A stretch of 64,000 bases of DNA from Euglena gracilis (Eukaryota), in the NCBI GenBank assembly GCA_039621445.1, contig CP154954.1:17886589-17950588 (forward strand), written 5' to 3'. Positions 10,492 to 22,400 of the stretch are shown one piece after another; positions within the stretch are counted from its first letter, which is position 1, and every line of letters starts with the position of its first letter. Position numbers and translations under genes: made by a program. The notes under the pieces are model-generated. The model saw only the letters and a list, made by a program, of their open reading frames with translations, was not told the origin of the DNA and ran no database searches.

Positions 10492-13400
10492 CAGGGCAGT
10501 CCTTAAGCAAATAAAAAAAAATTCCGCTGTCCCAGCACACTCAGTGAAAAAATTACAGGAAAATGGGCGAAATTTTGTCGTTTTTCAGCGAGAACAGGTC
10601 GACATCAGGAAGAAATTGATTCCTGGCACCCTTGGACCATCGTCCATCCACCCAAATCATCAAAAACTGTGTTTTTCGACTGTTTAATTTTCGCCCCCAT
10701 TCAAGTCCCACTCTGGCCCTTGGTCGGCCCTTTGGCCGAAAGGGGGGGCGGTCCTTAAGGAAATTAAAAAAAAAACTTTCCTGTCCCTTAAGGACCGCCC
10801 TCTGGTGTGTGCGCGCGCGTGCGTGTGCGCGTGTGTGCGCGCACGCGTGTGTGTGGGTGTGGTGTGGGTGTGTGTGTGCACTCGCAGCGCACATGGATGT
10901 AGAAAAGATCACTCAGAGTGGCTTGCACACCTGGCCCTGCCGGTCCAGATCCACAACCACAAAATCAACAATGGGGCCGAGGTTGGTGAAGCTCTCCAGG
11001 GTTTCAATGGCACTCCCACCCCCTGAACAGCAAAGGGGACCCTCAATGCGCGCCTTTCTGGGCGAAAACAAAAATTGAACTAAGCCAGGTGTGGCCCCCG
11101 AAGTTGGCCTTTTCGGCCTTTTGCACATGGCCCAAAACTCTGAACATCCAAACTTGACCACATAAGATTGGCCCCCTAGCCTGAACTTCAATCATCAGAT
11201 GCACATTCTCCTAAAAACAACCTCTGGCAGGGCAGGTTTGAGCCCCCCCCCTCGCAGTTGGTCAAATTCAGCCTGGCCTATTGGCATTGGAAAGCATTGA
11301 TACCTCCCCACCAAAATGGAGCATCTCTGGTGAAAAAAAAAACGTTGTATCCACCCAAAACTTGTCCTCTTTTTCCTGAATGACATCAGCGTCTGGCTCC
11401 AACGTCGGGGGGGGGGGGGGCTTCACATTTGGGTGGCAAAACCAAACCCCCTGGGGGGGCTGAATATTTGGGGGGGGGATACCCCCTGGTGGGAGGGGCA
11501 GTGTCAGCCACCCCGGAATCCAAGGAAAATTTGACACAAACGTGAAAAAGGGCAAAAAATGTTTCTGTCGCCTTCGACGCCGGGTCACTTTGGTGGTCTT
11601 TTGCCGACCCCCCCCCTCCCCACAGACATCTTGAGGCTATAATCACAATTGTCTGACCAACCAAATCTCGAAAACTCTTTTTTAACTTTCACGTCGAAAA
11701 TAGAAAAGTTCGATGCCTGGGCCACTCTTGGACCATCCTTGGAGACTAGTGGTTTAAAAAACCAGTCACTTTGAATAAACCTCAAGCAGTGACAAGGTTT
11801 CACTCCGTTGTTCAGAAATCTGAAAAATAATTTCTTCAAAAAATGAGCTTGGAGGCCACCTGAAATGATTTTGGGATCGATCTGTGACTTCGAAAATCGT
11901 GCCCAAACGATGACCCGGTCATGGAATTTGGCTGCTGAATTTATTATTTGGAGGATTCAGGGAATTTCTTAAGACAGCGGGAGGGGTCAGGGAGAAAAAT
12001 TCTTTCCAATTTTGGAACATGTTAAAACTGTGAATTTGGTACAAGAGCAATTCTGACCCTGAATGCATCCTGACCCTGAAAAAAAGTTGGGAGGTCAAAA
12101 TATGCATCATGACCCTGAAAAAAAGTTGGGAGGTCAAAATATGCAAAATATGATTAAAATACACATTATCCCAAATTTTTACAACGTAAAAGCTGAAAAC
12201 TATGCAAATGAGAAATTGCAATAATCTAGATAATGCAAAAGAAATGCAAATGATGCAACTTGCATAACCCCCCAGGCATTATTGTTTAAAGCGCCTGAAA
12301 AAACCTTAAAATGGGCCTCACAAATTTTGGCCAAAATGACTTAAATTAGAATTTTGGACTGGGAGACTCCAACCGAGAGGAGCTGTCCGCCCCTTGGACC
12401 TAAAGGCGGTCCTCAAGGGGCGGTCCAGAAGGGAAAAAAAAAACTTCCCATCCCTCATGGACTGCCTGGCAAAAAATAAGCCCACTCTGGAGAGAGCCAA
12501 CTCTGGACATTGTCCATCCAACCAAATCTCAAGAATGAGTTTTTCGACCTTTTTTGATTTTGGACCACGTGCAAAATCAACAACGTTTGGTTCGATGCCC
12601 AGGCAGCCCTTGGAGTGCCCTGGAAAATGGTGCCTTAAAATGCCTTAAAAAGCCTTAGAAGGCTTTAAAACGCCTTGGAATGCCTGGAAGTTTTGAAAAA
12701 AAAATGCGTTAAAAAATAATGCCTGATAACCCCCCTCCTGCAGATGCCCCCCAAAAATAATCTAAACCCCCAAATGGAGGGCACATACCAGGCTGCGATG
12801 CCAGGCGAACCAGTTGGGAGTCCGTAAATGCCCCACCAACAAATACCATAGAGGAGCCCAGGAAAGACAAGCAAGACGGAATGCAAGTCTGCAGAGGTGC
12901 GACCAGGGTGAAAAAAGTGCGGACCAACGAGACCGCCTTTTCGATGCACCTCATCACATACTATCGCCCTGGTAATATGGGTAACTGCATTGGGGCTGAA
13001 AAGAAGCTAATTCAATTTCAAAAAAATATTTGGGTATTATTATTATTATTATTGGAGCCAAACCTTCTGGCACCCAATGCCAACATTTCAGAGACATTTT
13101 TTTGCACAGAAAAGGAAGCATGTATTTTGATTTAAATGCGAAGCCTTGGGGTATTGGTTTCATGGGATGGGTCCCGCGATGATGACAATTTTCAAGTTGG
13201 TCCAATTTTCTCTCTACCCTGAAAGCTTTGACCCCAACCTTCATAAATCCTGGAACGCCAATTGGATGCATGGAGGCCAGGGTTGGGGTTGTTGTTCAGT
13301 TTGGGGATGAGGTGAGGGTTTGGACTTCTGAAGGATTACCATCGGGACCGAATGGCCGCCCGAAATTGTTTCACAGAATTTTTGGGGTATGTGCAGCCCA

Positions 13401-16400
13401 TGGGGTGCAGCACGCCAAGTTGGATGACTGTTCGGCAGCTCCCAACTATATGGCCCCCCCAGGGGGGGGGCATGTAGTTGGGAGAGGGGGGTCCAAAAAT
13501 TTTTTTGTGTTATTGATGGAATAGGGTTAGGGTTAAGAGGTAGGATTAGGGTTAGGCCTAACTTATAGCGTGAAGTTAGGCCGAATTCGTAACCCTAACC
13601 TTACTCCATCATTAACACAAAAAAATTTTTGGACCCCTCTCCCAACTACATGGCCCCCTGGGGGGGGGGGGGCCATATGGTTGGGAGCTGCCAACTGTTC
13701 TTGGGGTGGGCACGCTGGTGGATTGCTACTCCACTCCCCAGTTGCAAAAGGCATGCACTGCTGTGCATTTCAGTCCATTTCCCTCTGGCAAGAATTAGGC
13801 AAGAATTTGAGGAAAACTATGACCATTTTTTTTTGTCAGGATGTATGCTGACCATTTATCCCTCAGGGTGGGTGTGCAGACTTCATTCCAGCATGCAGAT
13901 TTTGTCTGGGACTGCAGCTCTTGAGGAAGAAATGATTCTGTTGACAAAGAAGCGTTCTGTTCAAAATGTTTTGTTTTGGTTTTGGAAGAATGTTTGCCCT
14001 CAAAAAACACCTGAAATCGTTTTATGAAAAACACAGTTGTGCGGACATGTACTTTTTTCATGCATCATTCGACAAAGAGCGAAAATCTGGGGTCATGCAA
14101 GTGCCTATATTTTTTTTGATCGGGGCCATGGGGGGGAAACTTTGGACATAAGGGAGCGTGGTGTTCTGAAATAAAAAATATCATAGGCAACCTTCAACAA
14201 CTTCCAGGGCATTCCTCAAATACCCTCCTGAATCCAGTGACCCATGCCATGCCAGAAGCACACACGGGGGGGGGGGAGGGCATAATTTTCTAGGTGTCTT
14301 TAAAAAACCTTAAAACCGTTTAAAACCTGTGGGGAAAAAATGCCCAAAAAATGCCTTCAAATACTTTGAAATGCCTTTAAAACCCTCAAAAAAAATCATC
14401 CGGCAAAATTTTTCGTCTGACCGAGCAAAAATGAAATCACAAAATCTCGGCACAAACAAGCCAGAGTTAGAAAGGAAAATGATTTCTGGCATCCTGGAAC
14501 ATTGTTTGTCCACCCAAACTCAAAAAAAAACATGGTTTTCAGCTTTTTGGGTTTTGACCCCTTTCTCGGAGGGCCCCTGTCCCCAGAAAAATGGAAATTT
14601 AAACAGCCTTTAAAAACATTAAATGTTCAAAAAAATATCTTTAAAAAACTTCACAAATTAAAAAAAAACTTTCACCTTAAAATCAATCGGGTGTCCACTC
14701 CCAATTTGGGGGGGGGTCGATTTTTGGGTCCTTTGAGCCACAAATAGAGGAACCCCCCCTCTGGGGGCACCCACTGGACACAACCCTCCCCCTGGGGGTC
14801 ACCAACAATTTTAAAAAGAACCTCTAGGCACTACAAAGGTGAAGAATCCTTATTGACCAGACATCAACATACCTCTCCAATAACATCCAAATGTAACTCA
14901 ACATTATCTTCAATCGCTGCCAGCATCACAATGAACAGTCGCCCAGCTTGATCTCCAAGGAGAAATCTGGAAAAGCAGCAAAAACATCGTGGAATAATTG
15001 GTACGGAATTAATTACCACCATTTTCCATTTTCCGATGACTTCTGGTATTTTAGGCTCTTCCAGTGCGGTTGAAACCTCTTGAGGCATTGGGATGAGAAT
15101 CATCACAGGCTTCTATTTAAGGGACACCCATGATCCCAGAAAAAACACCGATAGACTGAACCAGGTGAAACGGCAGATAAAACCCAGGCAGATAAACCCC
15201 CCCCAAAAAAGACACAAAAAAACATGAACAAAGGCGCAAAAAAAAACACAACTAAACACAAAAAAAGCAAATTTGATTTGTGCATAAAAAAACATGCTTT
15301 TTTGTGATTTAAACATGATTTTTGTGATTTTGGGGACACACTGATGCCAAAAAACATTCAATTTATCAGCCAAAAAAAATGTCAAATGTCAAAAAAACTG
15401 ACAAATATTTTGCTTTTTGAGAAGAACTTGAATCAGAATTTTTCAACACAAAAAGGAAAAATCGAAAACCGCAAATCCCCCCCGCTGAGACCCCACCTTG
15501 CATGATTCTTGACCTGCAGCCACAAATCGGTGGACCCCACTGGTGAGCACCCAGACCAATCCTCAGTGTAAGAAAATGTTGTCCCAGAACCAAAAACCAA
15601 CAAAAAATATACAAAAACCCCGAAATATCTCTGCAAAACCAGGTCGACATTGGGGGAAAATAATACCTTGGACCATTGCCCGTCAACCCAAAACAGCACC
15701 AAAAAATCAAACAGCACTTTTCTCCGACTTTGCAAAAATTTTGACCCCCTGGACGGGCCTTGAATTGAAGACCGCCCATTCTGTCTGGGAAGCCACACCT
15801 CTGGTTGTCTATGCGGCACCACGCCCGGATGACGGAGGTGCTGCAGCCCACCGCGGTGCGGCTGCAGATGGACTTGGTGTATGTCCCGCTGTGGTAAGTG
15901 AGCAGCTCCTCCCCGATGATGAGCAGGCCTCCCAGAGGCGGCGGGACCTGCAACGAGATGGCCGCCGTGCGCTGCAGGCATGTGCATGTACTGCTTCCCA
16001 AATTTCCTGCTGTTTGGTTTTGGTCGTTTGTCTTTGGTTTGGCAAGACTGAATCTTTTTCACTGCGCACATCCGCCCTCTATAATAACAGCTTCTGTTGC
16101 GTTGTTGGATGCCAGAAAATGCGCAATCTTGTGTTATTTTTGACTGCAATTTCGAGTGACTTGTTTTTTGACTGCACAAAACGACCTTAGAGGGATTCGG
16201 GGATTCATATATATACATATATATTAAATATATACATATATTTCATCTGCGCTTAAAGACCACACTGATCCCTGGGGGGTCGACCCCTATCTCCATCTTG
16301 GTGGATGGGGGGGTTTCCTGATTTCTGGCATGCTTGGATCCGGGGGGGGGGGCGACTTGAAGCTCCCCCCAGGTACCAGGCCATTGCTTAAGGCAGGGCG

Positions 16401-19400
16401 GTCCTAACAGAAATAAAAAAAAGAAAAAAAAACCTCTCCACTGTCCAACACTCAAAACAAAATATACAGGAAAATGGTCAAGAAAATTTGGCATTTTTTT
16501 TGGCAAAAACAGTCAACTTTAGGGGGAAAAAAAACTGATTCCTGGCCTCCTTGGACCAGTGCCCATCCACCCAAAGAATCAGAAAATGTGATTTTCGCCT
16601 TTCTCATTTTTGACCCCATTCCAGTCCCAGTCGGCCGCTGGTCGGCCCTTTGGCTGAAAGGGGGAGTCCTTAAGAAAATTAAAAAAAACATTCCTGTCCC
16701 TTGAGGACTGCCCCGGGAGGGGTCCAGGGGTTCCCCCTCCCAAGGTTCCCCCCAACTGGAAAAAAAAATTCCTCCGGCGCTGCGCACCAAGTTGGAAATG
16801 AGGTTTTCAATGGTTTTTTGGCTGATTTTGTTCGCAAAAACCCAAAAATGGCCAAAGATGGGGATTTGGGCCGGTTTTGGGGGTCCCAAATAATTTTCTG
16901 CGCTTCGCGATGGTCACTGGGAAAAGTTTGTCCACCAGCCAGCCCTACTAGCAGACCCCCCCCAGGGTCCACTAGGATTTCCACCAGCCAAATTTGGACA
17001 AGCTGCAGTCCAGTCCCCCCCCCCCAGGGGTGGACAGGGGAGGGTGTGCTGCAAACGAAAGGCCTGGCAGGCAGGTACCCCCCCAAAAAGGAAAAAAAAG
17101 CCCAAATCCAGCTGGGTTGGAAGTTTTCAGCCAAAATAGGAGGTGACCCAAAGCCACCCCCATTTTTGCCTCCTTTTTTCAAAAAAAAGTTCCAGTCCAG
17201 TCCAAACCTTATTTCAATGGACCCGGCCGGGAGTTGCTGGTTGGAAAAAAGGTGCTGGCTGGTTGGACCCAGGCATTATTTATTATTTATTATATTTAAA
17301 AACCTTGAAATTTTCGTTCTGCCCAGATGGCCAGATGGCTCTTGAACCGCCTTAAAGATAGATGCCTTAAAATTTTTTTAAAAATCTCAATATGCCTCAA
17401 AAACCCTCAAAAAAAAAACTCAAAAAAAAAAACTCCATAAACCTTTAAAATTTTTGACTTTTTTGAAATCTTTGAAAATTTTCGACTTAAAGAAATAATG
17501 ATGCCTGGTTGGACCCTCCAGCTTAAGAAACCTGTGTCAACTCCACCCCCCAGGGGGTTGACTGACTGGCTTTTTTGGAGTGACTGGCTGGTTTTTTTTT
17601 TTTTGGCTCCTGGACCCCCTCCCTGTGAAAGCCAATATCACAAGAGAAATTTTTCTCCTGGAGATGGCAAAAAGCAGAATTCTTCTCAAAAGTTTCCATA
17701 CTTGTCCATTGCTAAACTTTGTTTCCTTACATTTGGCGATTTATCACTTTATTGCATATTTTTCCTACCATTTCAAAATTACATTTTCAGGCATTAAACC
17801 CGCCCCAAATAGTATTCCCCCAAATAATATTCCTCCCAAATAACATTCCTCAACTTCAGCCGCCCAAAATAATATCCCCCCCCCATTTTGCACAGAGCGC
17901 AACAGAAACAAAGGAGTTTTCCTGGGAGCTGGGACCGTACTTTTTGTGCAATTTTTACATGAATTCCACCATGTTCAGATTGAAAACAGACAGGAAAATA
18001 CCAAAAGGTGCAATTTGAGATGTTGCTTTGATGGTGTTCGACATGGAGACAGTGCATTTCACAATCAAGATTTTACGCCCGAAAACCCAGGGAAATAATC
18101 GCCAAATAATCCCGCCCTGAGGGTGGACTTCAGCGGACCAAATGATATTCCCGAGGGGTGGAATTATTTGGGAGGTTATTTGCATTTTTTTTGCCATTTT
18201 GGACACATATTCCTTCAAAAAATTCATTTTTCCTATAAAAAAATCAAAAAAACTTTTTCCTTGAATGTCTTCATGAGAACCCAGATATTTTTTCCAACTG
18301 TGATGAAACCAAATGCGAAGCAGCCGTGAGAACAACAATGGCATTTCTTTGACAATCAAATTTTTGTTGCACGGAATTTCCAAAAATAATTAAACTCAAA
18401 GAACAAACCCCCCACCAAATTACAAACTTAATTATGCAAAAAAGCCAGTAATTAACCCCCCAGGTCACCAATCTTAAATAAATCGGGGTTGGGACCCCCT
18501 GCCTCGATACCGAAGGCCTTCCCACACATCCCTGCGGTTTCTGGGATTCCCTTTCAGCCCTGGCCGGGCCATGCAGCTTATCGTTTGGGCAAAACAACCA
18601 TCCCAATCATGCAAAAAACGCAAATACAATCACGATTTGTGACGGATCATCCCAACGCATACCGGTATGAGCAGCGACGCGGTGTTTTCCACGTTGTGTT
18701 GCACAAATGGGTGATCCACCAGGTCTTTGTCAGCCACCATGATGTTGTAGGCCTTGACATGCCTGCAGGCAAATGTGAGGTGTGCAAAGGTGATGGAAAT
18801 CAAAAATTTCCCATCATTCCTTTTTCCCATAATCTGTCCCCCCAAATGCCCTGAGTACGTTCGAGCTTCAGGGGTGATCTTGTGTCTCATAAAAGGAAGG
18901 GGGATATTCACATTTTTGGGCCGGGAAACCTAGATGCTTTTGGTTTAAAGCACAAAAGACAACAACTGTTTTTCCAAAGTAAGGCGTCCCATCATTATTT
19001 TCCCTTGGAACTGTTTCAATTGAATCACATTTAGCCGTCAATTTCCCCTCATTCCCGTCAGTTTGACAGTACCGCGGGGTCCCATTCGCATTCGGAATGC
19101 GCCCTTGGTCACCCAATCAAAAACCCAGCACCGGTCCCAAAAGAAAGTTGCAGGCAGCCTAACCTGGCTTTTTAGACTGTGGACCACCCCCCCCCTGGGG
19201 GACCACAAACCTGTGCTGCTTTTTTTTTTCGTTTTTTTGCTTTCGGACCGCCCTGTCCTCCACAAAGTCCACACCCCCTTCTTCAGCATGGGCCGATCAT
19301 ATGAATGTTCTGAGTTCATTGTCTTCGGGTTTGGCTTCAGGTGGCGCACCAGAGCACAAGAATAAGAGCTCAAGCTCATCCTGGGGGGGGGGGTCCAGCC

Positions 19401-22400
19401 AGAAGCCTGTTTCCTGTTCCCAAATTTTCCAGCCTTAGAGCTGGGGGGAGGGGCAAAGCGAAGCCCTCTGGGTAACCTTTGTCACAACGTTGATGGTGTG
19501 ATGTGATCCCCCGATTTGGAAGTTGGGTTGGAAGTTGGGTTTCGTGGTGGCTGTACGCCCCTCGACGCGTTACAGCAAGCCCTCGGAATTGGGGCGGCGA
19601 TTTAGGCTCCAGTTTGGCCGAAGTTAAGACCTTTTTGCCCCCAGACTTCTTTTCAAGACCCCCAAGCCCACCCACTCGGCCCAGTGCGGGGCCCACCCCG
19701 ATTTTTGCCCATTTGGCGTGAGTTAAAACCAGCATTTTTTGAGATCCAAACTCTCTGAGGACACCATTGTTTATACATGACTATAGAAGCCACACCTGTT
19801 CCCTTTTGTGTCCTCGTACAGAAAGGCCACAGTGTTTGTGGACCAGGGGTCGGTTGAGGAGGAGGAGGACGCAGATGACGTGGCAGCAGGGTTCACAGCG
19901 GCCGGCTTTTCCAAGAAATGCAAAAAAAAAGCAAAACCAAAGGGCAGGGAGCGGATCAAAATCCATGGACGGTCCTGAAGGTTAAAAAAAAAGAATCCTG
20001 TCCCATCTCATTCGACGCAAAATTCCATGTGGGGCAGGTTTTTCCCCTTGTTTTCGATAAAGGCAGCCCTTTGAGGATCTCAGACCGAAGGGTTGGCCAA
20101 GGGCCGGTCCGGGGTCGAACAGGGTCAAATACTTATATTTATATATAATTAGAAAAATATATTTGTTTTTATACGTTATAAACAAATATACAATATTTAA
20201 AATTCGCCTTTTTTTACCTGTTTACAATGCGGACAAAAATACAACAAAATTACGGCAGACGAAAATTACGGGGGAAAATATTACAAGAAACAAATTATGG
20301 GAATTTTTTGATTTTGAAAAAAACCAACAAAAATTCAAAATTTTAGAGAAAGTGGTGGTAATTTTTTTCAGTTGAAATGAAGATTTTTTTAAAGCAAAAA
20401 TGTCACTCAAAATCCCAGGGGGTGGTCAAAATGGACTTCTGGTGGTGTTTTTGTGAGTTTTCAATTCACAAAAAACCCCAAGAATTGACAACATTGCACC
20501 TTGTCTATTTGTGCGTGACTGCCCTTGGGAGTGGCTCCCCCAAAGGGCATAGGGAAAATGCACTGGACAAGAACTTTGGGGGAAACCCGATAATTTTTCT
20601 CTCTTGTAATTTTTGTCTGCGCTGTATGGACGGGCGATGGTCAAAGATGCCAGAAATCACTTCCCCCCCCCCCAAAATTGACCCCCGTTTGCGCCAAAAC
20701 GTGGCCATTCTTTTCCGCCCATGGTTCCTGTGTATTTTTGGACCGCCCTGCAGACCACCTTTCCACCCACCACCCTTAACTTCCCGTTCAGACTGCATTG
20801 TGAACCTAGCCAATTGCGTCAGTGTGTGTGTGTGTGTGTGTGTGTTGTGTACAATCCATCAAAGGTGGTGTGACTGCCATTTGTGCGGTTTATGTTTAAT
20901 ACCAAAAACAATTACCTTTCCATCACACTAGATTCTGCTTTTGAATCTCCAAAGCACAAAGACAGCCACAGTTCCCGACTCTGCAAGAAGCACATGTCAA
21001 AGAGCTTGTGCTCCTCCACCCGAAGGTTGAATGCGTCCTTGAGCTGACACTGCCCGGCACTGTTGGCGATGGGAATCACTTTGAGCAACCCCTGAAGTGG
21101 AAAGCAGTGGCATGGTCCACACCAAGAGCACGTTGCTTTGCAATCTGAGCCCCCGAAAAAAGATGCCCTCCCGACACGTTCAATTAAAAAATACACAAAA
21201 AAAAGCGGAAGTTGACTCGGCAAAAACATTTTGACATTGAAAAAATGATTTCTAACATTCTTGGACAATCGCCACCCACCCAAAACATCCAAAATGTGCT
21301 TTACAACTTCACCCATTTTGGGGGAATTTAAGCTGTCTGGAGTTGAGCTGCTGGCTGGCTGGACCCCCCCCCCCCGGGGATGGGGTCCCCTCCGACCTAA
21401 GAAATCCCCTGCTTTGGGCACTAGCGACAGAGGAATTTTTTTTTCCAGTTCGGGCGACCCCTGGACCCCCCCCCGGGGGGGGGTCTGGCTGGTCCATTTT
21501 TTCCAGTCTAGCCGATTGGCTAGCCAGTACCCCCCCCCCCCGGGGTCCTTAAACAGAAGCCTGATCCTACCCCTGACCCTGTTTTTAAAATCAAGTGCCA
21601 ACCCTCCCCAAATCTGCCGCTGGTTCCCCTGCGCCACGGGCGCTTGTCAGCTTGCGAGCAGCGGAGCCGCTGTCTCTGACTTGCCAGGACCGGACGCGGG
21701 CTGGTGCAGGATCCACAGCGAATGTGAAGAGAATGACGTTAAAGTTTCTTCCGCCGCCTTTGGCACGACGTCATCCCCCCCCAAGGAGGGGGAGGGGTTT
21801 GGCCAAAACCAGTCAGCCATTTGGGGGGGGAAAAACAATTAGTCAGGCCTCCCCTGGGGTGGGGTTGGCCTGCGCGCCAAGGTGGAAATGAGGTTTTTAA
21901 TAGGTTTTTGGCTGATTTTGTTCCAAAAATTCCTAAAAATGGCCAAAAACGGACATTTTTGGCCATTTTGGGGGTCCCAATTTTTTTTCCACTAGCTAGC
22001 CATGATAGCAGACCCCCCCCCGGGGGGGTGTGCTATAAATCCCAATAGCCAAATTTGGACTAGCTGCAGTCCAACCCCCGCCGGGGGGGGGGGGGGGGGT
22101 ACTGCAATCCCTTAAGCAGAAGCCTGGGTAGGATTGGCCTGCCGAAAATTGGCCCTTTTTGGGGACAAAGGTAGGGTGGAAGTTAGGTGACAAAGATTTA
22201 AAAAAAAATAACGCCGTCGACTGTGAAAGGTTGCCATGCATACGGCACGACATACCTCGTAGAGGTGCAAAGCAATCAAAGTGCCGGCTTCATTTATAAG
22301 CCCAATTCGAGGTATTTCAACTTTCCGCCCTGTGAGAAAGCAAACCAACTCCGGAGGTTAGTGCTGTTGTCCACATTTGATGTTGGGTTAGGGTTAAGGT

